The notes under the pieces were generated by a model. That model was not told where the DNA came from, did not search any database, and saw nothing but the letters and a program-made list of their open reading frames with translations. Position numbers and translations under genes: made by a program. Of a stretch of 64,000 nt of DNA, positions 1-17,281 are shown piece after piece. The stretch is taken from assembly GCA_964035545.1 (NCBI GenBank), contig OZ037770.1:7818973-7882972 (forward strand), read 5' to 3'. Numbering within the stretch: the first letter of the stretch is position 1; each line of letters starts with the position of its first letter. Origin of the DNA: Bugula neritina. Lineage: Eukaryota; Animalia; Bryozoa.

Positions 1-108
1 TTCTACTCTCCACCTTTTGATAGGATTTAAAACTATTACCATTATTATTGATATTTAGACCACACTATATTTATAAATTGTCTTTTCTTAACGAACATAC
101 AAATAAAA

Positions 109-3100
109 ATGCCTATTGACTATAGCAAATGGAATAATATCGAGGTAAGTTGAAGTTTAACTCTTTAAGATCAAGTTCATAATATTTATAATTTAATATT
201 TATTTTTCATAATAGTTATTAATATTATATTTATAATATTAATAATAACCACAACGATAGTCATAAGGATAACATTAACTATATTCATAACTACAAGTAC
301 AATCATTATGAGACCGAAGGTGAATGTGAATATGAGCTAAACATTAATATCCGAACTCAACTTTTGTAAATTTAATTTTTAAATAAAATTGAAACATAAC
401 GTCATTACGATGAGTATGATGAATAACAATTTCAAGTATATGCAATAATAATATCAATTTTATCGTGAAGTAATAAAATTTAATAGCAGGCCAGGGTATA
501 AGTATAACTCATTACACCTCAAATTTCAAACTGACAATGAGAACTAGTATTACAGTTACTCGACCATAAAAATAAAAAATACCACAAAGTTTAACTTTAA
601 GTTACATTAAAAATTAAAATGCTGTTAATTTTTTTGACAGTAATAACCTTCAAAATGTCATTTATTTGAACTTTATTCAGCAGCAGACTTAATCTTATGA
701 TGCATGTTTAGTAGGCAAAACTTAAAAAAAGTTTCACCTGTTATGATTCAATTCAATTTAATTTGATGTTCAAAGAAGTGTTTTGATAAGCAACAGTAAT
801 TATCCTTTTCTGGTAAATACTGAATTTCTGCTTTTAGTACTACTAGCACTATCCAATTGTACTTTAATTTTGTCAGCAAAACATATCTGAGAATAGAATG
901 CGCTTTAAACACTAGAAATATACATCTGCAGATATCAGATGATGAGGATGATCAACATCCCAATATCGACACTGCTAGTCTCAACAAATGGCGTCATGAA
1001 GCTAGAGTGCAAAGAATGACAGAGGCACAAGCAGAGAAAGACAAGCTTGCCCGGGAGCGCACAGAGTATCTTCTTGTTTCCTTTTGACTTATTTTTTTAT
1101 TTTAATTTTGTCTCTTTGTTTGACTGTAACAAATTAGCTTAGTAAATGATAAATCGTGTTTTTAAATATTTAAATTAGTACGTATGAAATGTAGCTGTTC
1201 AAATCATTAAGTTGTGTTTGAGAAAATTTTACGATCTAATACATGTCTATTGCTGTACATTCTAGTTATCTGAATTTTGTTCATTAAGCTTCCATTATCA
1301 ATTTATTTGCAAAAAATATAGTCATCGATTTTTGCTTAATTGTTAATCATAACGATTAACATGTAGTATCAAATAATAACCATAGGCAATTTTTACTGTA
1401 TTGTTGTTATTTTTTTATACACATAATTTATTTTTTTCAGACATCAACAAAAGCTATCAGCAGTCAAAGAAAAGCTGAAAGCAGTTGATGTAAGTATTAC
1501 ATTCCATAAGTTAATAAAGTATTGTATTTTACTTATCAAATATCACAGTACTTTCTTATGAATAAATACTTATGGGATAGTTTTTACTGAGCACTGCACA
1601 CTGAGCACTACACACTTGTTACTACACACTTGTTACTACACACTTGGTACTACACACTTGGTACTACACACTGAGTACTACACACTTGTTACTACACACT
1701 TGGTACTACACACTGAGTACTACATACTACACACTTATTACTACACACTTGTTACTACACACTTGGTACTACACACTTGGTACTACACACTTGGTACTAC
1801 ACACTTGTTACTACACACTTGTTACTACACACTTGTTACTACACACTTGTTACTACACACTTGGTACTACACACTTGTTACTACACACTTGGTACTACAC
1901 ACTTGTTACTACACACTTGTCACTAGAGTCTAGGGGTGTCCAACCTTTTCAAAGCGAGGGCCACTGAAAGGGAATATTTCATTTAGGGCCACATTATAGA
2001 CTTTAGTTTGAGCTGGGGTCACACCGTCAGTATTTTTTAAATTATTTGATTCCAAATTCTTATGAATCATTACACAATAAAGTCCCAATAGTTAATGCAA
2101 GATGTAAGTTTTGTTGCATGTGTATAAATAGGAGATTTAAAATGGGGTTTTTCATTCTAATTCCTGTAAACTGTGAAAAATAATTTTAGTTTTCTGCATT
2201 TGATAGCCACATAAATGTAGGCTGTAGGCCACATCTGGCCCTGGAGCCACCTGTAGGACAGCTCTGTACTAAACACTTGGCCTTACTCACAATGCTGCAG
2301 ATTTTACTTTACTCTCGATTCCGAAGATCTTATTTTGCTCTATGCTGCAGATTTCACTTTACTCTCTACGCTGCAGATTTCACTTTACTCTCTACGCTGC
2401 AGATTTCACTTTACTCTCTACGCTGTAGATTTCACTTTACTCTCTATGCTGTAGATTTCACTTTACTCTCTACGCTGCAGATTTCACTTTACTCTCTACG
2501 CTGTAGATTTCACTTTACTCTCTATGCTGTAGATTTCACTTTACTCTCTACGCTGCAGATTTCACTTTACTCTCTACGCTGTAGATTTCAGAAGATACTA
2601 CTGTGACTGCAAAGTTAAAGGAGTTGGAAAAACAAGAAGAAGATTTTAGAAAGAAAGAAGAGGAACTAAAAAAGAAGGATCGGGTACGTTTGGACCTGTT
2701 ACTTTTACATTTACTGAGTCTGTAGAGAAATGCTATCATGACAATCAGTATCTTAAAGGACAGTAATCTGCATAGCAGTGTTTATAATGTAGTGAATATA
2801 TCACATGTGATTTGCCTCATTGTTGTATTTCTCCCAGAATATACGTTGATGTCATTCTGTCTTTAATGTTTCCTCTTGAAACTTTACGATATATGCTAAC
2901 TAGTTGTTGAATGGCATTGAAATAATATGAATGTTGATTAAGACCGTAAGATTATCATATCTAGCATGTCTATTCTTTAGTACCTTCAATCTATATTTTA
3001 ACTGGTAATGTAGGACTGTTTTTTCCATTTTTCAAGATTTGTATAAATGGGCTACCAGAAATGGTTATGGAGGTTTATATTCTATGTTATGATTGCACCC

Positions 3101-4691
3101 TGTTGTCCCTTCTTTAGCTTACTCCATGGAACATAGACACCCTCTGCCAAGATGGAAAATCCAAGACACTTATAAACAGATCTAAACCCGCCGAGGCAGC
3201 ACCTCTCACAGATGAAGAGAAGATGACCAAGCAGGTTTGTTCTGTATTTGTTACTACACTCGGCACACTTCCTCATTTCATATACTAAGCTACTAGCTAG
3301 AGTTTTTCCACCAATGAGTTGCGAGTTTACAAAGGTAGCTATAAATTCTAATTATTAACAACATTGTACAGGAGTTGTTTTACTATAGTTAGAGCATTTT
3401 TGCGAAAAGAACTAGAAATATTTCCAATCGCCCAAAGTTTTATAAAAACCAAATTATATGGAGTATTTTCGTGCTAATTTCAAATTTATACAAAAGGGCA
3501 GCACGCATTAGAGCCAAGTGATCCATACAGTTATATTACGCAGTCTGGACAACCTGAGTAGTTGAAGTGCTAAAGATGCTTTTAGTTTACCAGTAATGTG
3601 TTTTTGCAAGTTGTTGTCAATGCTGTTTGAAAACTATGCGTGAAAGTTTTGCTGGTTGTAGTTAGCAGACATACTATTATATGAATTAAAAAGCTCTTAA
3701 TTTTTCTACTGAACTGCCTTTTTCTATGAATTTTGTACCCGAGTCATTTTGTTGCAGCAAGACTTCACAAAGAAAAATCGTTCGCTACTGAAAAAGTTTG
3801 GAATGTTCCGCAAGTATGAGGACAGTGAGAGGTTTCTGAGTGAACACCCTGAGTTGGCTTGTGAAGAGACAGCGAATTACCTCGTCCTGTGGTGCATTGA
3901 CTTGGCTGTTGAAGAGGTGAGCATCCAGTACCTGTATGACCTCGTTATGGCTCTGTTGATGATGCAGTGACACGCTATGCAATGAATAATTGGTCCATGT
4001 TATTTAGCACTAACGATAATGGCAGCATATCAGTGGAAAATACTGTAAACTTGTTCTAAGATGTTTACTAATTATGTTTCATAAATAGGGAAGCTACTAG
4101 TATTCCAGCAGTAAGATATACCAATCTATTGCCAGAGTTTAGTTGTTTATAATGCAATAGTTCTTATAAACATTACAGGTTTAGTTTGAGTTTCTGGGGG
4201 TGCACTTGCTGTATCGGCAAGTTGTGTGTCAACCCTTAATTTTTATTACACTGCTATATACAAATAGATCTAAGATACAAATATTTCTATTAATATGTAT
4301 ACCACCATTCTACATGGATCATGTGTGCTCTGTTGACATGTACATCACGGGAGCTTCTCGCATGTCATATGTGATATTCCTACTTCTAGAAAAATGACTT
4401 GATGGCCCATGTTTCCCACCAGACTATAGTTATGCAGTTCATCTTGGAGCTCTCCAGGTCACTGAAAGTTGACCCCAGGGCTTGTATTAAGGCCTTCTTT
4501 ACCAGGTAAACTAATGCTGGATGTGTGTACTGTACCTCTTGCTCTCTACGCCCATGATTCTGCTCCAGCAGTAGAAGTAATAGTGGTGGCGGTGGTGGTG
4601 GTGGTAGTACTAGTAGTAGTACTAGTAGTAGTAGTGGTAGTGGCAGTGGTAGTGGCAATGGCGGAGGCGGCAGGAGCAGTAGTAGTAGTAA

Positions 4692-4739
<48 letters not shown>

Positions 4740-4770
4740 CAGCAGTAGTAGTAGTAGCAGTAGTAGTAGC

Positions 4771-4829
<59 letters not shown>

Positions 4830-4959
4830 CAGTAGTAGTAGTAGTAGCAGTAGTAGTAGTAGCAGTAGTAGTAGTAGTAGTAGCAGTAGTAGTAGCAGTA
4901 GCAGCAGTAGCAGTAGTAGCAGTAGTAGTAGTAGTAGTAGTAGCAGCAGTAGTAGTAGC

Positions 4960-4997
<38 letters not shown>

Positions 4998-5133
4998 CAG
5001 CAGTAGTAGTAGCAGTAGTAGTAGTAACAGTAGCAGTAGTAGCAGTAGTAGTAATAGCAGCAGTAGTAGCAGCAGTAGTACTAGGAGTAGTACTAGTAGT
5101 AGTAGTAGCAGTAGTAGCAGTAGTAGTAGTAGC

Positions 5134-5174
<41 letters not shown>

Positions 5175-8118
5175 CAGTAGCAGTAGTAGTAGCAGTAGTA
5201 GTAGTAGCAGTAGCAGTAGTAGTAGCAGTAGCAGCAGTAGCAGTAGTAGCAGTAGTAGTAGTAGTAGTAGCAGCAGTAGTAGTAGTAGTAGTAGTAGTAG
5301 CAGCAGTGGTAGTAGCAGTAGTAGTAGTAGTAGTAGTAGTAGTAGCAGCAGCAGCAGCAATAGTAGTAACAGCAGCAGCAGTAGTAGCAGTCACTCTCCA
5401 CATCTGCTGTAGAATAAAGCAGGCAGAAAAGCAGTATCTCGATGCCTTCAACGATGAACTGGAATCATTCAAGCAAAGAGTTCGCGAGAGAGCGGAGATT
5501 CGCCTGGAGACAGCCAGGAAGGAAGTTGAAGAGGAGGAAAAACAAGCTCGTCTTGGTCCAGGTGGCCTTGACCCCATAGAGGTCATGGAATCTCTGCCTA
5601 AGGCATGTTGTAGTCATTACATATCTCCTCACAGTGATTGTAGCACTCCTTGTTGCTCATCAGTTTGGTTAACATTCCTATTCCAACAATGCATTACATA
5701 CCCAGTTTCTACATGTGACAGGTAACTGCAGGTGTATAAGTCATGTGCACAAATTATTTGGTCTCAGATATTGACTTATAAAAATATATGATAGAAGAGA
5801 AGGAGTTTCAGAGTTAACAACTGCCGGCTCGAAGCTTCACATCTACTAATATTACACCTAATGATTCAATGTACAAGTATTGGAGTTATCTTCTCTGATG
5901 CAATGACTAGTCTTTTAGTTGGCTCTTATCCAAACAATTGTTTACTTTTAATAACAGAGTTTCACTACCCTTGATCTCAGCATTTACTAGTTTTTATTTT
6001 ATGTTTTTTAAAATTGAAATACGAAATAATTATATATTATAGATTAAAAAGAAAACTAGGAAAAACTGATGTGCTATGATACTTCGAATTTCATTTAGGA
6101 AAAAAGTGTGAATTTAAAATTTCATTGATGGAAAGCCGCTGCATTCTTTTACTAATCGTGGAGTTTGTTGGGTTTTACAGTCAGCACTTAAATCTAGTGT
6201 GCTAAGTCCAATCACAGCATGATATTTTTTTGCTAAAACGGAAGGGTAGTGAAGCTTTATCATTTTGCATATTTTTATCGTGTCCACGAAACATTTTTCA
6301 CATGTAACGAATATTCATGCGTTGGCATATCTCCAGAATAGCTTTCTTATTGAAAAGTAAATAACTCTTTAGTTTTGGTGTTGCGCACTCCTTCAGCACA
6401 CTAAAGTGTAATATTTACTGTTACTATCACCATTGGGATATCCTTAGATTTACATCTCAGCACAAGTGTTTTTAAATATAGAATTTTCTAGTGTGTTTTA
6501 TAGCAGGTCAGGTTAAATTATCTGATTGAAACATTTGTTGCTGGAATGTTGTTTGTACTTCATATGTAAGATTGATATACTTATCTTGAGAATTGCGGAG
6601 GTTGATTCTTGTCTTGAGTTGTTTTAATGGCTGTCTGATGACATTGCTCTTGTGTGTCCGTGCTGTGGATATTCATGCCTTAACTGCACTTACCGGCGTA
6701 TCTAGCGTCAAGTCCTTGCGTCAGCATGCTGCATTGGTATCGTCATCCTATCACCCCCCACCTCTCTCTTGTATTGTTTTATTGATATGTTTGCCATATT
6801 CATTACCTAATCTCACAGATATGAATCTTTCTCCCAGTCAACTCTTACCATAGAATAGTGTATGTGAACTGCTCGTGGGAACATAGCAGGGAGTGGGTAC
6901 TATGTCAGTCATCTTTCCTAGCGGTTCTTTCGTTAAAACCAACCAGTCTAGTTGTACTAACGGATAGTGTATTGGCCTCTGCCTTCATTCAAGTACATTA
7001 CCTCATGCTACTGTTAAAGCATTATCAATGCGGTTTTACTAGATGTGTTTCAGTTAATTGTTTTGATGAAAACTTCTTCCATCTTATTTTCTCGATTCTG
7101 GTGAGACAAAAAGGTGGTAAAGGAGGAGTTTTCTTAAAAAGTAGCTAAATGATCCTGGTACATTTCCTTATCTTATACACTGCTCAACTTAATGTATTCA
7201 GTTGCTGTCCGGAAGAAATGGCACTGTAAAATTGGTATTATAAGTAATAATGACACAAATGGAAAATAGGTAAAAAATGGCACATTTTCAATCTTGGGGT
7301 TGGGGATTTAGGGAAATTTAACGTCAGTGTGCCATTTTTACCTACTTTTCCACTTGTGCCTTTAATTGCTGTGCCATGTTTACCTGAAATTGTATTCAGT
7401 CAACTCAGAGTATAGATGTAATAAGCACAGTATTGCATGAAGTTAATAACAGTTACTGCTGTCGTGTTAGTATAACACACAAGTAGAGTATGCGGTGTGA
7501 TGTGTTTGAACAGGTTGAGATATATTCCATGCGTATATTACAGGAAATGCAGGCTTGCTTTGAAGCTAAAGACATTGGTATGCTACAGGAAGTGGTGGCC
7601 AAGATGGATCCCAAAGATGCCGAGTATCACATCAAGAGATGCATTGATTCGGGTATATCCGCATTTCAGTGATGTTTATGTCATGTCTTTGTAACTTAGT
7701 GTACTGTGCATGTGGCTCAGGATGTTGAGTGGTGTATAGCCTTCTTACATGAGTTGTCTTTGTATCCAGGTATGTGGGTGCCCGGCGGAGGAGCTGAACG
7801 AGAAGGTGATACTGAAAATTCCGAAGAACAAGAAGGTATGTCTTTCTTTTACCTACTATATTGTCACTAATGTCTACTATATTGTCACCAATATCTACTA
7901 TATTATTGTCACCAATATCTACTATATTGTCACCAATATCCAACTTATAAATATTTCTATCTTTTGATTTTGCATTTACTAGCATTACTAAATGCAGCTA
8001 TAACTCTCCTGGGAACTAAAATCCTTGCTCCAAACATTTGAGTATTATGTGATGTTCTGTAGAAGGAGCGGCTGGAGGCAGTGAGCCAACCTACTCAACT
8101 CTTGAAAATGTAGATTAG
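109..8118 (+). CDS. CDC37: Hsp90 co-chaperone Cdc37 (11 exons, 376 aa)
   Basis: Hand-spliced exons 109-144, 932-1065, 1441-1489, 2585-2683, 3118-3234, 3758-3916, 4390-4505, 5413-5602, 7544-7652, 7770-7835, 8063-8118 form one open frame. Family motifs: MPIDYSKWNNIEISDDEDD (CK2 serine), HPNIDTASL, PWNIDTL, CEETANYLVLWCIDL, RLGPGGLDPIEVMESLP, YHIKRCIDSGMWVP. Intron 8 needs a GC donor. AATAAA at 8448-8453. Confidence 0.96.
1596..1920. repeat. 14-bp minisatellite (CTACACACTTG[T/G]TA)n in CDC37 intron 3
   Basis: Direct tandem periodicity; source of the spurious 1616/1644 ORFs. Confidence 0.95.
1931..2266 (+). mobile_element. Non-autonomous hAT-type MITE, degenerate copy
   Basis: Ends TAGGGGTGTCCAA...GGACAGCTCTG; alignable by eye to the reverse complement of the element at 23454-23792. 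No clean TSD. Confidence 0.75.
2337..2590 (+). repeat. 26-bp tandem array built from the CDC37 exon-4 3' splice site
   Basis: Unit CTTTACTCTCTA(C/T)GCTG(C/T)AG|ATTTCA; AG ends at 2350, 2376, 2402, 2428, 2454, 2480, 2506, 2532, 2558, 2584. The last one is the productive acceptor. Confidence 0.93.
4570..5390. repeat. (GTA)n/(GCA) trinucleotide microsatellite, about 0.8 kb, in CDC37 intron 7
   Basis: Direct reading; produces the poly-L/V/T/Y ORFs. Confidence 0.97.
7205..7386. mobile_element. Palindromic fold-back element (MITE-like)
   Basis: ACAAATGGAAAATAGGTAAAAAATGGCACA pairs with TGTGCCATTTTTACCTACTTTTCCACTTGT; nested TGGCAC/GTGCCA subrepeats. Confidence 0.6.
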
Positions 8119-8732
8119 CTGTACTTTGCACCACCTGTCATCACCTGTCATCACCTGTCATCTATTTTTACACCAAATACCAACAACCAAACATGTAACA
8201 GTGACACTGTCAGTTTATTGGAGATTGTTATCATTGGAGACTGTGTCTTATGTACAAGCACATGTATATATCATAATATAATAGTGTTTGTGTGCTTTAA
8301 TACTTCTATATTATACTTCTCATCAATCTATGTTGTTGCAATGACCACACGTATGTTTAACTCCAGTTCTGAATATTATGTTGAATTTAATTTGGAACAT
8401 GTATCAATACTCCATACTCATTGTGTTGTTTGTATCTCAACACAACAAATAAAAGCTTTATTTTAACATTCTAACGCTTTGTCATCATACTTTTTGTTAT
8501 TGCAATTGAGGAGGGGTTGGTGACGCTTCCTCTCATTCAGAATGTAAAATAAAACTAGCTCTTAAGGAGAAAATAGAAATTTCTAGTTAGCTGCTTTTCC
8601 AGAAGTTTGAATTTTCATAATTTTTTCTAACTGGATCAACTATGACTAGTAGCATTATGTGCGGATATATACAATTTTATTATAATGCAACTAATTATTG
8701 TTGAATTATACCTTTAACCTCTTTTAGAATTC

Positions 8733-8880
8733 GAATTGTTCTATAAGCAGCACCAAGTTAGGGGTGACTGAGTGCAGTGGTTGGAAGTTTTTGAGTTTGA
8801 AGCTGAGCCTTCCAAACTCGAGAACCCCCAAGCTACTGTACTCAGTCACCCCCAGCCTAGAGCTGCTTATAAAACAATTC
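8733..8880. repeat. About 150-bp imperfect inverted repeat (fold-back element)
   Basis: GAATTGTTCTATAAGCAGC...GGGGTGACTGAGTGCAGT pairs with ACTGTACTCAGTCACCCC...GCTGCTTATAAAACAATTC. Confidence 0.85.
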
Positions 8881-10811
8881 TTATATTTCACTCATCAAGA
8901 AAATCGTTGAAATATCAATAATTTCAAACTTGTCAACATATGCCAATAAAGCTCTATTTTTGTAGCCAGCTCTGTGAATGTGGACCATAAAACTTGGTGA
9001 TAAAAACATAGCTCATTACTTTTACTCCATTTTTGATTTAAGGATGGCAGAAGCAGCTCAACTGGACCAGTTTCTATGGGACATTGAGTCAGATGCTGTT
9101 CTTTTCAGTTCCCTTTGTAACTTTCACGCTGTATTTCCATCTAATGTTGACAAAAGTGTGTCTTCTGCATGCTACTTTGGTGGTTAGAGTACTGGCCTAA
9201 CAAACACAGGGTCAGTGGTTTGATTTCAAACACCAATAGTAATGTTAGTCTTAATTATGTACTTCATATTAGAGCAGTTTTTAGCCCTTTCCCTCAGGGG
9301 TTCTCACAGAGATAGTGACTGCTAACTCCTGTGAGTTTCCCTTTGCCCACTAGGATTCAAGTGGATACAGTGAGAATATGGCCTCCAGCAATTTAAAAAC
9401 CGATCCAATGAACTCGGGAGGTTATGGTTTAATGCTTGTTGAGTACTTTTTAAACTGACACTAGTAGCCGGTATTTGAGCAAATAACTATGTGTGCGTGT
9501 GCTCTGTAAACTTTATCACACTTTTCATAACTTTGTAGTGTTGTTTCCTTTACTTTTAACAATATAAAGGCTGCAGAACTGTGAGAAAGAATGCATATAA
9601 TACTTGGATAGGATGGCACAAATGCACTACATTTCAGGAATTAGCTTCCACATCATGTAATTTAGCATGTAGTGAAATAAGTTAACTGCTATGGCTTCTT
9701 AATATTTGTTTTTCAAAGAGAAATTTAAATAGAGGGTAAACTTTCCATGGCTTCTGTTTAATATATTATGGTGTGAATTACTGCATGTAGGAACTAAAAC
9801 AGCTTTATCATAGGTATATTGGCCGTTTTTCCACGATTTTGCAACTGTATTACCAAAGCCTTTAAATTTGAAATCTGCTTTGAATGGTTATAAAATATTA
9901 TTCACAGTTCTCAAAGTATAGGTTCTTGCAGATATTGCAACCATACCAGGTCAAATAAAACTTTGCATATAGTCATGACCAGGTAAGTAAGGGTTCAAAA
10001 ACTACTTCATTTGCATTTAAAATTGTCAAGAAATAATATTTATTCACACTGCAACTGTAAGTAGTTGATTATTGGAGTAGTGGCAATTTTAGTAACTAAT
10101 TTCTATAGGAGCATATATTTACCAGAGCCTCTATCTCAGCTTTAAAGTCTTGTGAAACTGCTGCAATAAAATAAAATAAATGTGTTGTAACTAATAGAGA
10201 CTTCGAACTAGTGATGTCAAAACATCAAAAACTTGCTTGTAGAATTATTTCTTTAAAAATAGCACGTGGCTTTACTTAAAGTTTTTTGGTGGGATGGTTA
10301 GAACTCTTCCCTGCTACTAGAAGCCTAAGTTAGCATCTCTACACCGTATAATGTTGCAATATTGGTTAATATTAGATGAATATATAGATTATAGAACATA
10401 TAATAAATTCATCAATATGTAAATTTGTGTGCTTATCTAGCACATTATGCTCCTTATTATTTGTGCCATCTATAACAATGTCCACCAATGGCCAGACTGT
10501 TGATGTGACAGCTGAATGCGGGTTGTTGACAGGCTGTAGCATGCACTCTGGTTCAGCTGTTGATTTGTCGGTGAGAAAGGCTTTTATTGGTCTTGTCTTC
10601 AGATCACAAAGTAAATTTACTTTACCTCACATGCGGCTATCAGTGTTGAGTAACAGAGTAATTAAATATTTGCTTTTATGTGAACATAGTTATATCATAG
10701 CAAACCGGATTAAGTGTGTATCAGTTGATTGCTATAACTTTGAGAGTTCACACTTCTCCTTCGTGTAACCTTTGAGTAACTTCGTGCTGACAGAGAACCT
10801 TTGAGTAACAG

Positions 10812-15594
<4,783 letters not shown>

Positions 15595-17281
15595 TGCTGT
15601 TTAATGTGTAGCATATAGTCGTGGTGCCATTATTCAGATTTTAATTTGCTGTGCAATTTATTTGAATTACCTGACCCTGTTGTTCAGTTATAAACACCTT
15701 GAAGTAACCTGTTATTTGCCATTCAATCCATTCAATGGAAACGTAATACTTTTTTCTGAAATTTATAAAGATTGTCTTTTTCAGTTGGACAATGTATGAA
15801 GTTACTGCAAAAACAGTTTTAAAATTTTATCATGCAATCAAGTAAAAAGAGAACTTGGGAATTAATTATCAAGGCACTCTTCTATTATAGTCACTATAAA
15901 ACAGTTGCCGTCATTTTTCACATGTACAGCTATATCTTAAGTTCTTAAACAAAAAGGCAATTCTCAAACTTTCAGATAGTGAATTTTTTTATTATAATAG
16001 TATATTATAGATATAATTAACAGGATGCTTGCAATAACACAACTATTTACATATACATAATTTTTGAAAATTGTTCATATTTTATGAATCCTATTTTGAG
16101 AACCATTAAAGTTAGTAATAAAATATTTTTTTGTTTATAAGAATTATAGCTGTAAAAATGTATATTTACTAAAATTTCATATTTCATGTTTCTTAATAAT
16201 ATGATTCTTGTTTGTGCAATATATTGCATTATTGCACAATTACAATTAATTAAACTTTATAACTAAACATAAAAATACATATTATATGCTATTTTTCTAA
16301 TAAATTCCAGTTCTTCAAGACGTAGGCCTAAATCTGGTGCTTTTTGTTGGCATAAAATATCTTCAGCTTCTAATAGCCTCAATGTCATTCGCAAAAATTG
16401 TGTGCTTATTTTCAATTTGAATTTAGGCAAGAGTTTATAAAATTATTAAAAATTGTATTTGATATTGTCAATTCACTGTGCATCTCTATACTTTAAAGTT
16501 TACTGGCTTATTGGTAGGACAACTCCGCTTTACGAATAATCTAATGGTTATGTTTGACACATGTCTGCACTGTTTGCCAGCATTTTCTTAGAGTCTAATT
16601 AAAATGGGTTCTAATGAGAAGACACATGTAAATCATTCGTGATATGAATGGCCAGCATACTTGATGGCTTTAAAGGATAACATTGTACAATATAGCATAA
16701 CATAGCACAATATAGCACAACATAGTACAATATAGCACAACATAGTACAATATAGCATAACATCATGTGACATAATAATGGTTGGCATATAACCAGGTAG
16801 CAGAACCTTCAATATAATGCAATGTCCTATATATTATAATGAGATATGTATAAAACAATATAATATAATATTGTAATGTAGAATATTATAGATGAGGCAC
16901 TAAACAATTTTTAAAAGTTTTCAAATTGAATTATTAAAAGTTGGTGAACTGCAATTTGACGTAAAGCTTTGGGAAAATACAGCTGCAGTATTTGCATCTA
17001 ATCTTGCAGCTGTACTTGGCATCAGGGAGTGTATTAATTGAGAGGTTACTTGCTAACTTCAGGGTAAATACTTTGCCTTATGCAGACAAGTTAGATCAGG
17101 TTACAGTTTCTCGCTATGTTGCCATCCCTAGAGCGCACACTTCAATCCACTACTGGAGAGAGTGGGCACAACAGATGGTGTCCTGATAGCAAGTGTCAAC
17201 ATACTATTTAACCATAGATTTACCTGCTGGTGGTCACTTTATATCTGGTTACTGGGTGAAGGAGTCCTGCTCACAGCTACA

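Noticed and set aside
4386-5725. Long poly-Leu, poly-Val, poly-Thr and poly-Tyr/Cys ORFs (mucin- or antifreeze-like)
   Set aside because: Translations of an intronic (GTA)n tract; only 4390-4505 and 5413-5602 are real CDC37 exons.
6593-7148. GC-richer stretch with two short ORFs in CDC37 intron 8
   Set aside because: No recognisable protein motif on either strand; probably a decayed repeat, which I cannot support without a search.
9170-9240. Degenerate tRNA/SINE-like heads here and near 59905-59975
   Set aside because: Too decayed to define boundaries or boxes with confidence.
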